This document shows positions 16,958 to 31,263 of a stretch of 64,000 nt of DNA, piece after piece. Position numbers and translations under genes: made by a program. The notes under the pieces are model-generated. The model was not told the origin of the DNA, did no database searches, and was given only the letters and a program-made list of their open reading frames with translations. Origin of the DNA: Lingula anatina (lineage: Eukaryota; Animalia; Brachiopoda); contig CM120642.1 of NCBI GenBank assembly GCA_051362555.1, positions 26,164,001 to 26,228,000 of the forward strand, given 5' to 3'. The first letter of the stretch is position 1; the number at the start of each line of letters is the position of its first letter.

Positions 16958-18047
16958 TACATAACATAGTACAATTACATAACATAGATATATTACATAT
17001 GTAAGGTATTTATGACATATCTTAAAATGTAGGCCTTTATAACGCATCGGACCCCCTAAAGAATCTTTGGTGGTACAATGGACATTTAATTAAACTTAAA
17101 ACTTTATATTGACTTGAATGTAGAATTTGCATTTGAAGACTGTAATGAATGTTTTTAATAGTGTAGTTTGCGCACAAGTAGATGTTTAGCAAAGCCTAAA
17201 TATGCCCCGAGTTTCACAATTTGTGGAGCTACCCGTCACTGTTGCCTTTGGAAACATTGCAAGAGGTGACCATTTTATAACAAATAGTGGTCCACCCCAC
17301 CCCACATCTATTTTGCCCTTGAAAAGGATTTTAGCATATTGCGACTCCTTTTTTGATATATTAAATATTTGAAACTTATAGAAGCTCGGGGTGCTTGGAT
17401 ATGTTGTTGCGTTTCAGACATGCATATCGAACATTGGCTTTGTACTAAAATATGAACCTCTGATAGTTTTAATCTAATTATATACATATTGCACATTTAT
17501 TGTTGACGTTTTATAAATTGTATTGATAAGTGTATATAAAAAGTGACTGTAATATAAAAATAAAGTAATGAATATTTTCTATTTTTTTTTCTTGTCGGTC
17601 AATTCTGGAGTAAGAAAGTCCCCTTTGTTTAAAAGACAAGGGGTAGATCTGATCTAAAAGATTTCCTGTTCATTTTAAACTTTTCGCTTGCTGTATGTTT
17701 AAAGTACATAATCCGTATCATTACGATTGTCATGATCCGAGTTCTGATCCATTTGATCCGATTCCGAATATTTATTGCGCCAACAATGTTACAGTAAAGC
17801 ATCGAACTACATTGGCCAGTATAGAATGAGCTACGGTATCAGATAATACACTGTATCAGCCATGTAATCAAATATATTTATACCGTATCTCACTACAACA
17901 CCTGTTACGTTCAATATCGGTTTCAGATCCATAGCATATTTAGTAGTATAGTTAACTGGGCGCTCGATGAAGCTCTGACATTTAGATTAAAATTCTGTAC
18001 CCTAAATGATCCAGACGGTTTTCGGGCAATCACTGCCAGTTTGAACC

Positions 18048-21000
18048 ATGCTAAAGCACGCTTTGCAAAGAGATGATAGCGGAGATTCACCGCTTGGGAC
18101 TCAAAATTCTTACGATACCGATGAAACTTTACCAAAATCACTTGCCTATGGCCCAGGCATATACCACCCTGGCGCAGATGTCATTGCTGATATATCTGTC
18201 ACTGATGAAAAGGAATTTGAGGAAGATGACATCGAGGAAAGCATTCGTAGTGCTCTGATAAGCGGTTCTTTTAACGTGGAACAGTTGAATGGGTGAGATG
18301 GGAACGTATCGCTATTTTTTCATAAATTGTGTAGAATTTGTGGTCTTATATTGTTCTCAAAAAAATGCAGAATATGTTGAGATAGATGCGAGTCGACGAT
18401 TTTTTTTTCTGATGAAATGAGGTGCGGTTGGGATCCGGATTTATTGAAAGTTTGACTCACATGTTGCTTATTGACAAGTCTTTCACTAAATGTGTGCTCC
18501 CTTCTTTCCAACGGGTCTGCAGAAACTGATTTCTTCCCTATACTTTATTAATTCTAATCGTATACATTATTTTACTATTGCATGTTTTTCAACATTTAGT
18601 AATATGGCAAGCCTGATGAATTTACTGAAAGGCAACATTGGCACCGGAATCCTATCCATACCACTTGCTATCAAACATGCCGGATTGCTAGTAAGACGAC
18701 GATCCCTAATTACGATTTATACATGTAGTATATAAAAATTGAAGTCAATTTCAACTCCAATATAAATTATTAACAGACACAAGAGCAGCACAACGTCTTA
18801 TAATATACTGTATATTTCTTTGCTGGTGATGTTGACAGTGTTTGCCTCTTAGGAAAATAAGTTGCTGGACCGAAAGCTCAGCCATCTTGGAAATTAACTG
18901 GCTAGAATGCCTGCCGGGTGGGAAAACTTCTCTGCCCGTTCTGAAAGTTGTCTGCCCCGGGCAGACGGTCCAGCCTTAATTTCTAACACTGGATGTTGAA
19001 TATCTTGGTAAATTTGTCCATATGTTGCCTAAATTGGCCTGGATGAATTATCTCCTTTTTTCATCACGGCTTTTGTACATGTATAAATCGACAGCTCCAT
19101 TTTAAAATAATGCTCATTTGTCACATTTTCTCCTGATATCTGTCTCTGTGCATATTTCAAGGTAGGAATGGTTGGCATGATCGTTCTTGGCATCGTCTCT
19201 GTCCACTGCATGCATCTGCTGTTGATCTGTTCTCGCGAGTTTGGTGACAGGTACGTAAGTCCAATGTACTATCTGACACTCAGGGCGCACTAGTAGTCTG
19301 TTCCAAAATTATTGTATGGCATACGTCAGTTTTGTATGCTAGTAGAGAAGGCTCTGTTATCAGAGGGAAAATCCAATGATACGTTATGCGATAGCCGCGA
19401 CTCTGGTGGTTGAAGGCAGAGTCAAAAAGGCATATTTTCTTTGGATTTGTTAAAATTATTTATTCCTGCAAATGTTTTTAATATAATCATTTTACAAAAA
19501 GGAGTCATTTAGTAATACCAACTTGTCTTACCAAACGTATTTTGTAAAATGAAATATTATCTTATTGAAAAGGGCCTCATATTTTATTCAGAACACACCG
19601 CCGTCACCTTGAATATAATGATGTGATTGAGCTGGCTTTTGAAGACGGGCCGAAAATTTTCCAGAAGTTTTCCAAAGCCGCAAGGTCTGAAGCGATTGAG
19701 TTTTTGTCAAATAATATACCAATTAACTGCATTTCAATCCAAAAAAGTTATTTTCAGATTTAAAAGGAAAATTGATTGACCGCTCTGATAGAAATGTCTA
19801 TGCCTAGATCATATTTTCATTTCAGATTCGCTGTAAACTTATTCATTATCGTAACGCAGTTAGGCTTCTGTTGTGTGTATATAGTTTTCATTGCAGCCAA
19901 TATTAAGCAGGTGAGTTAAACCGATAACGAACATTTGAAAAAAGAAAAAACTTTTATACATACATATTATTTTGAAACTGTTTTTGGAATTCACTTAGAA
20001 ATTAAAAGAACTCTTTTCATCATTTAATCATTCTAAACAAATATAGAATGATACATGTGAAAAATGTGTCTGATTTATCCTTCATAGTTTTGATTCATTA
20101 AATCATGGAGTCATCGATGGAGTCAGCATTTTAACAGTGTTTTATTACATGTGCCACTGCCTTCTCAAGGACTGAATCTTTGGCATTTAGGATCACAGTT
20201 TGAGACAAATTTCTTTTTCAAAAATCTTTGTGAGAGCAACAATAGGAATCGAGGATAAATAAGGACAACAAAATTTTGCACTACGATAACACAACCTTAT
20301 CATGTAAAGTCACAACGGCAATTGGGGGTGAAGAGGGACAATACGATTTTGCACTAGGATATACCTGCTTTATCATAATTATGTCAAAACTGTGAATGCC
20401 AAAACTGTTTCCAGTTCACCTCTTCTCTGCTCCAACTAATCACCGACATTTGAATTGCTCCGTACGCTTATACCCTTTTAAACGTATGTATTTCGTTATT
20501 TTACAGGTTGTTGACGTGTATATCAACCCAAGTTTCCCATTACGAATTTACGAGCTGTTTGTATGCGTTTTATTGGTACTAGTCGTATTCATCAAGCACC
20601 TCAAATGGCTGGCCTATTGCGCTCTTTTTGCCAACTTGCTGACGGTTGCGGGACTTCTCATCATTCTACAGTATACGTTCCGTTCTCTGCAGCCAGTCAG
20701 CGCTTTTCCCCTGTTCTCAGATATGGAAAATTTGCCGTTGTTCTTTGGCACTGCAATGTACTCATTCGAGGGAATAAGCTTGGTACGAACACTTGCTAAT
20801 ACATGTACAAGGGAGGGTGGGTGTTCAGCGCCGAGAATTTTGTTTCGTGCATTATTTTATGTCATGTCAGAGTGGCATGTGCTGCCTGAAATCCCTGTCT
20901 GTACATCCTATTTTAATGAAATATCATTCCACTCGAAAATAGTATCTATTTTTATATTTCTTGACATCATTATTACAATAAATAATATTTATTTCCATAT

Positions 21001-22376
21001 TCATTATTGACATTATTAATAAAATAAACAATATTTATTTTCGTATTTATCTATTCATTTCACAACGGGTGCAATTCTAACATACATGTATATCAGCCAT
21101 TTCCTTTTATTAGTTTTGTATCAAAATCATTTCTCTAAGCATTTCATTGACTCTATGCCATATTTCAGGTTTTACCTATTAAAAACAAGATGAAAGAACC
21201 GGATGCCTTCTCCGGCTGGGCCGGCGTGTTAAACCTAGGAATGGTTATAGTAATAGTTCTGTTCTTGGCAATCGGCTTCTATGGCTATTTATGTTTTGGA
21301 GATAACGTAGCAGGAAGCATAACTCTCAATTTACCAACTAACGACTGGTAAGCATGAACTGTTAAAAAACAATCAATTAAATAGTGAAATTACCGTCTGT
21401 AATTTATGTAACCACGTGCGGCATACACTTATAATATTCCACGTTTACATACACAAATTGCTTTATCATTCGATGATAGATACCATAGACACAAGAAGGG
21501 AAATCCATATAGGGATAATTTTCAAATAGAACATGATTTAGATGTTGATATAAAGATCTTCGTATTTAAGATAGAATTCACCAGGAGGACTTTTGGATAT
21601 TTTGAAAAAAGTTGTTTTCATGCATAAAGACGACAGTTATTAGCAAGGCCACAGTTTAACTGTTTTAATTTAGATTAAGGAAATCTATATTCAGACGAAA
21701 CTTGACATGTTTGATCCGTTTATCGTAATTTTTCTTAGATGGTGAATGTTATATTTTCCAGGTTGTATCTTTCAGTGAAACTAATGTTTTGCCTAGCTCT
21801 TGTGATAACATATGGACTACAGTTCTATGTACCCGTACTTATTATCTGGCCATTCTTCAAGAAGCGTATTGGGGGCAATGAATGTTGTGAGTGGTTTGCA
21901 GAATCGCTCTTCAGAATATTTCTGGTGCTTTTTACGCGTAAGTAATACAAGATTCCACACATTTTTTTTATTTGTCTTTATGTTTTCTTATTCTTAATTG
22001 CATGATTACTTTGAGCTTGTTTAACAAAAAAAGGGAAGTTGCCTAAAGTTTATCTGCCTTCGCCAGTAAAAGATGGTCTTGTACTTGATATTATTTTTTT
22101 TCAGTTGCTATGGCAGAACTGATCCCGCATCTAGGTCTCTTCATCTCATTGGTCGGAGCTCTGAGTAGCAGTGCACTGGCATTAATATTTCCACCAATCA
22201 TCCATACTCTTACTTTCTGGCCGGACAATCTGGGTGTGTGTAAATGGCACTTTATCAAGAACGTCTTAATATTTCTCCTTGGAATTTTGGGCTTTGGGAT
22301 AGGAAGCTATGTCTCATTGTCTCAGATCGTTTATTGTTTTACTTATCCAAAGGCCGCTACATGTGAAGGTACTTAA
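18048..22376 (+). CDS. SLC36/PAT-family amino acid transporter, tandem copy B
   Basis: Exons ~18048-18292, 18600-18690, 19162-19250, 19592-19684, 19826-19910, 20507-20782, 21169-21347, 21762-21937, 22105-22376, with the same intron phases as copy A and an open frame. Motifs [37 protein letters not shown]. Confidence 0.9.
18836..18991. mobile_element. 156-bp hAT-type MITE
   Basis: Termini CAGTGTT / AACACTG; perfect 8-bp TSD GATGTTGA (18828-18835 and 18992-18999). Confidence 0.85.
19267..19369. mobile_element. ~105-bp MITE with 9-bp TSD, copy 2
   Basis: Homologous to 9276-9381 (CAGGG.G..CT..TAGTCTGTT.C.AAATTATTGTAT...TCAGAGG); flanks AGTCCAATG / AATCCAATG. Confidence 0.55.
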
Positions 22377-24373
22377 GGTATTTATAACTAATCCAAAAAG
22401 ACTGAAGCAAAAAAAAAAATAATAATAATAATCACCCCATCATTACAGTTATAGAATGCAGTTCTTTTTCAAATTCAGTACATCATAAAAGGCTCCAACA
22501 TGAAACGGGAAACAAAGATGTCGACAGATGAAAATAGAAATGGAAAGTATACCTTTCATTAATCGTTTCAAAAAATTCCAGGTGTCGCAAAATTCAGTGA
22601 AAAATGGTTCTGCAAAGTAGGATTCTTACGGATATTTATCATTTGCAATATTTCATTGAATTACATTGAATTATTAAGTCTTAAACGACTTCGAAATTGT
22701 CGATGTCAATTGGAATTTTGTTTGTGCAATACATTTCAATACACAATGTGAGTGACATAGTCTGAGGATTTCCCTTTTTTCACATGCCAGGTAACTGTTA
22801 CGTATCAGCAAGAAGTTATAACTTCTTGGTATCAGTGAAGACTATATATTGCGTGTACAATATTATTACTATGAGCTTTGAATAAAGCTATTTTAAGATA
22901 AGCGACCTTTTTACACCTTTTATGTCTAAATGTTGTTCCTATATAGCTTAGCATCGATAAAAAACAAGTTTTAAGGTTATTTACAACACATTTCTTTACA
23001 CACATACAGAGGGAGAGAGAGTAACAGACGTGAAGAGCCCCATTAAGGGGGAAGTGGTTAGGTATAAAATAGCAATTTTTCAACTTACGTACTTAGTACG
23101 TCACATTGCTAAAATAATAACTGATAAATACCTTAGGATAAGTTCTGTAGAACAGTTTGCTACAAATGATTTCATCAGCAATCTGTGGACAGTGTGCGAA
23201 CTTCATGCTACACTGTTCAAAGAGTTATATCATCTTTTAGGCCAATGCTTATATATAAAGACATCACGGGCATCATCTTATAGATCCATGGATCCACCCT
23301 TTTCTGTCGTAAGAATAATAAAACCATTGATATAAATATAAAAGCTGCTGAAGGGTAAATCGCAACGAGACGATCTCAAAACCAAGTGTATTTTCAAAAG
23401 GTATGATTCCGTTGATATTAAGACGTACGCAAGATTTTGTCGCTTTTGTAGATGTTATCTAAGTCTGTGTGATGGACAAACCAGTTCATCATAAAAGGAC
23501 AGTCCGAGCGCATAACCCAGATTTCGGGGATCAAAAAGGCCAGAGAAAAGGTGAAATGTATAGTCGAAAGAGGTGAATAGTGTTAATTCTAATAACTTGT
23601 AATAAATTGATCAGCGTTGCTGATGGACAAAATGTGAGCCTCTGGATCACAAGCTAAGGGTAAAAGGTTTGAAACTAAAGCATCTATATTACGATAACGT
23701 TTTATGTGTTTTGTGTGTTAATGTACAGTTTTAGCATTTAATCTTTTAAAGGGATTTGCGAATAATATAGTGCAGTAGACAGTGACGTGTGTAGAAAAGA
23801 GGAGGTCGGCCTACCTATTTTATTGAGCTTTTATGCCCCCAGTAGTTTAACCGTTGAACGTCCAAAAATAGACAGTGCTTCCCACATACAGAGTATTACA
23901 AGTTGGACCCATTGTTAATGGACCCAGTTTCATACACCTTTGGATGGCGAGCCGAGAAGAATGGACCAGAACGTTTAACAGTGATCTCATCCTTATAGCT
24001 GTTTGAGTCTCTGGGAGGTTACTATAATTATTATTATCATTATAACTACGAGCCATACTTGATGACCATGAAGGTAGTTAACGGATTACGTATACTTAGG
24101 CCCTTCATTGGGTAAGCGCGGATAATTTTCTCGCAGGTATATCATTTTATGATAAACCTTGAAATTGAGCCATGTTATTAAGAAAAGTTGCTCCAGTTGT
24201 ATTAAAACCAGGTATAACACCTGATACTCAAAACATCCAGGTTAGGGTAAGGCATATTGGATATGATTATAATTTAAGGTCATTCCATGTTCAGGGAGTC
24301 AACGCATAGCACTAAGTAGGCCTACCTGTTGCACTTTAACCAAAAGACGCAGCACTAGTTTTGGCGTGTGAAT

Positions 24374-27300
24374 ATGTCGGCCATTTCAAGTGTACTCCAG
24401 GAGGATAAAAATGAGTTGGAATTAAGACGTCTGTTTGACATTCAAGACAGCCCAGAACAATGTCCAACTGAGGAAGAAAAACTGAACAGGTATATACAAT
24501 TGTACTGTGATAAATCCCGCTTTCCGCTTTGTTTTATCCCTTATGTTTTTAATGCTAAACTTAAAGTACCATTTTCCTCGGAGATTAAAAAATTACTGCT
24601 TGATCAGGCGAAAAAAAAAAAGGCTGGAATGATGCGATAACATAATATCTGTTAAATGGGCTCTTAGTCTTGCATGACAGTATGCTAGTCGCAATATAAG
24701 ACCGCTGTGTTTAAGAAACCGATTTACTTTTCGAGAAGAGAAAAGGGGCATCAAGAAAGAACAAAAATTTGAAAAGAGTACATTGATCTTTTCTTGTTTT
24801 AATCTACATGTTTATTTATTCATTCAAATCTAGGCCCAAGTTTCAGTTTAAACTACATAATCTTTATGTTAAATTTGCAGTAACACGGAGACTTTAATGA
24901 ACTACCTGAAGAGCAACGTAGGATCTGGTATTCTTGGCATGCCATACGCAATATCTAATGCAGGAATACTGGTGAGAAGGTCTCTTTCTCGCTTTCTCTC
25001 TCTCTCTCTCTCTCTGTATCTATATATACACATATACATACTGTATGGTCTAAATTTATAAGAAACAAAACCCTTTCAAATAAGGTGAAACTAGACATGC
25101 AATCTAGTGAAGTTTATGTGCATGTGATTCATACTAAAATAGAACTGACTCCTGTCAGTGACATTTTTACATACATTGAAATCTTTTTCTGGTCATAGGT
25201 AGGGACCCTTGCTGCTATGGCACTGGGTATGTTAACTACCCACTGTATGCACCTGTTGGTAGGAGCCGCACAGGTCATCTGTGACAGGTATTTGGTGTCG
25301 GGATAACTATAGGCAGTATTTATAAAGTGTATTACACCAAAAAAAGGCCTTGAATTTTGATTCCGAAACACTATCGTTTGATCCTGCGTGATTGTTTTTC
25401 GGAACAAATGACCCCTTAAATGAGGTGCTCATCCATGGGAACTCGCGCGGATATCCGTGTCAGAGCTCTTTGAAAAGCAGGAAGCGAACAGAAAATAATC
25501 CCCTACTCGACAATTTTTTAAAACTTGTTATAAATGCCACTCGTACAAATTTCTTTTTTTTTTTAAGTTGTGTCTTGGTTATTTCTGTAACTGCAAGTGT
25601 CATGAAATGAAATTTGTTTGATATTATTTTGTGCGTAAATTATCTTCGCTTTATGAAATTTTAACGGATTTTAACTGAAATAAAAAGTAAAATACCTTTT
25701 ATAACGACCAAACCCTTCCACAAAAACACTAAGAGAAGCTATTGAAAATTTTTGTTTCATGCTTCTACACTTTTCGTGACACATTCCTTTTTCCAGGCGA
25801 CGTATTTCGGAGGTGAATTACGCTGAAGCTGTGGAGATGTCGTTTCAAGATGGACCCGAGGCTCTCAGGCGGTTTTCCAAAGCATCACGGTAGGCTGCTT
25901 CTCAAATCAAGCATTCCCTCTTTTGTTAGACTTAGCCTATCTAAGTATCTATCTATTTATCTTTTTCGTGTGTTTCTATTGTTATTTTATTTTTGCTACA
26001 GGCCTGACAGGACATGGATAGCACAACCACAGTGCTTTTCAATTCAGTTTAAGCAAACTATCCTTGCTTATTTTCTTCTATACTGCCAAGAAAAGATTTA
26101 TTGATTCACTTAAATCTAGGGCCTAAAATATGTATATGTGCAGTTCTTCTGATCCAAACATTTGTGAAGCATGAAATCTTATCATGCATTAGTTTTTGCC
26201 GTAGCGAAGTCAGAGATTTATCTACAATAATCTGCGGCGTTTTTCTTTTAATTGCTATCATCGGTCTGCTGCCAAAATCATATCAGCTATGTTTTTAAGG
26301 AAACTTGGAAATCTCTTAAGGCTGAGGTTCAATAATATATATATCGTTCCAGAATTCTTGTGGATATTTTAATCATGATTGCTCAGGTGGGAATGTGTTC
26401 CGTGTACCTTGTCTTTATACCGGACCATATAAAACAGGTAAAAACAACGATCATTTCTAAAATAAATACACTTTTCTTGGGTATTTTGAAGTTATTATCT
26501 GCATAATATTAATTTATTCTGATCAAATATGTGTATGTGTTGCAAATAGGCAAATGATTCAGTTTCCACGCAGAAAAAAAAACACGCGCTTTAAACTCAT
26601 AGATTATAAAATAATCGAGAGACCAAATGATTATTTGACAAATATTTACAAATCATTCAACGTCTTTTAAAGTCATGCCTTTCCCTCTCACCTTATACTT
26701 ACACTAAATACCCCATTACAGGTCATAGATATATTCGTGGAAGACAACCTTTCACTGAAGTGGTATCAAGTAATTGTGGCGGGAGTTTTGGGCATCTATA
26801 TCTTCGTAAAGCACCTCAAAACGCTGGCTTACTTCTCAGTGGTTGGCAATATACTGACAGTGGTGTGCGTGGTGATAATTCTGCAATATACCTTTCGTAA
26901 CTTAAAGCCCGTGGCTTCGTTACCCCTGTCGGCTGAGGTTTCGAAGTTACCAATCTTCTTTGGAGTGTCATTATACGCATATGAAGGTATTAACACGGTA
27001 AGTTTTGCTAATATATGTATATTTCAGTATTTTTTACATAATCTTTTCAGTGTTTACATTCATACATATACTGTACCATTTAACATCCTGCATCGTTTAC
27101 TTCCATTTTATCTCTCTTTTTTAGCTTTTGTCATCATCATTTTGTATATGCTGCCATTCTTGTTTTACACTGAAATGCGGCAAAAGTTGCGTAATGGATC
27201 ATTATCCCTCTTTAGAAAAGTATAAAGACCACATGTTATTAAGAAAAACGAATCTGTGAAAACATTTCAATGCTTGCACTGCATTAGGGACTAGATTTCA

Positions 27301-28756
27301 TCCACCGATTTTGCACAATTAAAGTGATGAACATGGGCTAAAAGCGATGGCAATAGGAGATTCCCTATGTTATTTTAAGTTACTTTTTCCCATGCAATTA
27401 TCAAATTATATCAGTTATACTCAGCCACTCGACTTTGCGTTCAACATTATCAGCCAACTGATTTTATCACTATTTCTCACTTATTTCCTTTCAGGTTTTA
27501 CCGATTAGAAACAAGATGAAAAACAAGGAAGACCTCCTCCTGTGGAATGGAGTCATGACTCTGTCCATGACCATTTCTGTCTGTACTTTCACAGCCATAG
27601 GGTTTTACGGATACCTGTGTTTTGGAGATAATGTCAAAGGAAGCATTTTGCTAAATTTGCCAACAAATGACTGGTGTGTGTGTGTGTTTTTTAATTATTC
27701 TTTTGTTTTTTATTAGTAGCATCAGATTTGTGACACAGATTCAAAATTGACGAGACAAACCATCCCTATTTAGAACATGTTCAATGTGACGTCTGGGTTG
27801 TACAGTATTTTGTTCTTGTAATATTCGGTGATTTTAAAAGTACTAGAAAAAGTTAAAACTTGTTTTGAAAAATTAACTAGAAGTTCTTGGCTCAAAAGAC
27901 ACGTATAGACGTAGGCCTATAAAGTTGACACGTGATCACATGTCAGTCACATGTATTAATTAAAGGACATTTTTAAATTGTCATTTTTGTTTCAGGCTTT
28001 ATCTTTCAGTAAAACTTTTGTATTGTGTGGTGATTTTTATTACCTATGGACTGGAGTTTTACGTCCCTGTACATGTATTGTTGCCTTATATACCATTCCC
28101 TACAAAGAATAACACATTTTGTGTGAAGCACGGCGAAACTATCCTGAGAATCTTGCTGCACTTATTTAGTCGTGAGTACACCTTTTCTCTAAGACACCTT
28201 TGCACTTTCTTATATGTCACCAGATTTAAAAAAACAGTTCATATAAGTCTTCAGCATTGTTTACACAAACTCTAAACTGTGGCCGATCATGTAACTTAAT
28301 CATTGAGAGGAGGAGACATATATACTTACAGTATCTATAAATTTTATTTCATTTTCAAAAGTAGGCCTAATATGCGCCTACTTTTGTTTAGCATTCAATC
28401 ACTGATATAAATAACTCGAAACATTGCAGTGATTATCCATCTTAGAAAAATATTTCAAATATTTTCAATTATTATTCATTGTTTCAGTTGCCATAGCAAT
28501 GCTCATTCCAAGCCTGGGTCTGGTCGTTTCATTATTCGGCGCCCTGGGTAGCGGCGCTTTGACTTTGATATTCCCTCCAATCATGCAGACGCTTACGTTA
28601 TGGCCCGACAGACTAGGGGCGTGTAAATGGCATTTAATCAAAAACATGTTCATATTCATACTTGGAATTACGGGGTGTATAACAGGCACATATGTAGCGT
28701 TAACAAATATCATTCATTGTGGCCTAAATCCAAAAGCCGAAGTTTGCTCTGCGTAA
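24374..28756 (+). CDS. SLC36/PAT-family amino acid transporter, tandem copy C (divergent)
   Basis: Exons ~24374-24489, 24881-24971, 25199-25287, 25797-25889, 26353-26437, 26722-26997, 27495-27673, 27996-28171, 28488-28756. Motifs NYLKSNVGSGILGMP, FFGVSLYAYEGINTVLPIRNKM, TYGLEFYVP. Confidence 0.88.
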
Positions 28757-29953
28757 AAAATATTGTGGTAAATTATAAAAAAATGCTGTATTTTCACCTT
28801 GAAAATAAGCTCAACTTAATAGTTAGAAAAATTACTCTTCGTTAGATCAGTCTCATATGTAATTTTTTAATAAAATTTTTAATAACTTTATTTGAGTAAT
28901 TATTTATCTCATGTTGTACTTTCATCTGTTTGTGCGACGGACGTAGAAGTGGAAGCAGGACATCGGCAGTGATCAAACCCGTTTAACGTTGTGGTCAGGA
29001 TATCCAAAGACATGAAAATGAAAATAGTTTAATTTTTTATCATTTCTTGTTGCTACTTTTAGGTGACTCAATAGAGAACAATAAATGACAAATTCAAATT
29101 AAACTTCCACCAAGAAAATCTAGTTTTAAATTTGTACACAATTCGTAGCCTGCAAGCAAAGTAGCCCTTGAATAAACAGACTCTTATATGTGTCTTTTTA
29201 TCACGCGATACACCAACATCGCTTTCAGCTGTCTTTTATTACAAACAAACTTTCTCGAAAAAAAATAAATAAATAAGTGCACAGGATATTCTGATATGGT
29301 CGTGGCTAAATGATATGTTGAACTAGAATATATGATAAGCGCCGTCTCTTATGTACATATCAAATGCCCCATTTAAATGATAGGCCTATTGTTCGGACGT
29401 GCTTCGCATAATGTCATAGCATTTTACATGCTCCATGATGCTCAAGAATAATGGGAAAAGGAAGTAACGTTTTGCGGCGATACCATCTATGATATTGATA
29501 AGTCACACATATAAGAAGTTGGTTTGCCGACATGTTAAACAAAACCGAGCGTCTGCTAAAAATCATTACGTTAATCAATACGTTGTATGCCTCACACCAG
29601 TGCAGTGGAGAAATATGCAGCGTCTTCCACCCGGACATTTTGGACTAAATTTACTGACCTCGCAATATGGAGCAACTTACTGTGACGGAATGTTATCTCA
29701 ACTGCTATAATTAAGCCACTTTGGGCCAGTGATAATTAATCAGACTCAGCGTAGACAAGGTGAGACAACCAAGCTACTAGTAGGCTTCTTTGGTTAATAT
29801 TGTATTCATTTAGTATTAGACGCCTAAGCCGAGGCTGCCAAGGCATATCTTTGTATGAGAGACTAGTCATTCATGCAGTTTTATATGAGACGCTGAGCGT
29901 TCATTGATATTAAACACATAGTAATCACGGACTGTGACGAGTGGACAGTGGAT

Positions 29954-31232
29954 ATGGCTACCAGTTCGCTTATACAGGAGGATGAAACGAGGCTGGAAAC
30001 AGAGGAAAGTGATTTAGAACTTCGACGACCTTTTAACAGAGACATGGAAGACAGTGAAGACGAATCTCCAGCTGAGGAGGAAAAATTAAATAGGTAGGGG
30101 TCTTTATGCTGGAGTAGATATGTACTTCTCTTCCGCATTCTCTCTTCTTTTCCTTTCGCTCTTCCATGGTTATAGTGCTGTAATTTATGTATGACCAAGG
30201 GCCAATGATATATGACATACATATGTACGTCCGACATGCATTATATTATATTATATTATATTATATTATATTATATTATATTATATTATATTATATTATA
30301 TTATATTATATTACCATTGGCTTCCGGGAAAAGTGCAAAATTAATGAAACTTATCGATTGAATAGGATATATCATGATTGTTGCATTGAACCGTCTATAA
30401 CCGTCTATATAATGAATAGCCGCTGAATCTTCATATTGAGTCTAGATCCGTGATGAAAGAATAATAAAAAAGAAATAACTACAAACACACAGCTGTTTTT
30501 GAATGCCCATGTTTTACTTTAAACGGCCTATTTACCACAAAAAATGTACTGACTCAACATTTCTTTTTAATTCCAGCAATACGGAAAGTATCATGAACTT
30601 TCTCAGAAGCAATATAGGACCCGGCTTACTTGGAATGCCGTACGCAATATCTAACGCAGGGATACTGGTATGATCCCCCTCCCTTCCCCTCCCTTCCCTC
30701 TCTCTCTCTCTCTCTCTTTCTCTCTTTGTGTGTACATGTGTGTGTGCGCGCGCGCACGTGCGTGCAGGTCTGTAAAGGTGGCACGTTTTCTAACATTCTT
30801 TATGACATTATATCCACTCGAAATTATGAATATGTAATATGTAACAGGTTAAACACTCTGACAGTAATATAAAATGATATATTTTTATTACAGGTTGGGA
30901 CGGTCACTGTAATGGTTCTCGGTATTATATGTACCCACTGTATGCACCTTCTGGCAGGAGCGGCACAGGATATATGTCAGAGGTTGTATTACTTTAATGA
31001 TTTTGTTGACAATCTGAAAGATATCTGAAAAAACAAAGCCTGTATGAATCAGATGTTTTCATTTTTGAATTAAGATAACTTGCCGGTGTTGAGTTTGTTA
31101 TGGATCAAACTTAAACTGAGACCCTTAGCAGGGTTGTGATAACTTTAACTGTTTTATGTAAGTCAAAAAAGTTGACTATTTAAGCACCCACCCAGAATAG
31201 TGTGTAGCCCCTGTTATGAACAATGTGTGAGT

Positions 31233-31263
<31 letters not shown>

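Noticed and set aside
16667-16969. 100-aa ORF as a fifth SLC36 gene
   Set aside because: Only the last-exon fragment is homologous; the N-terminal part is fortuitous and no upstream exons or acceptor exist.
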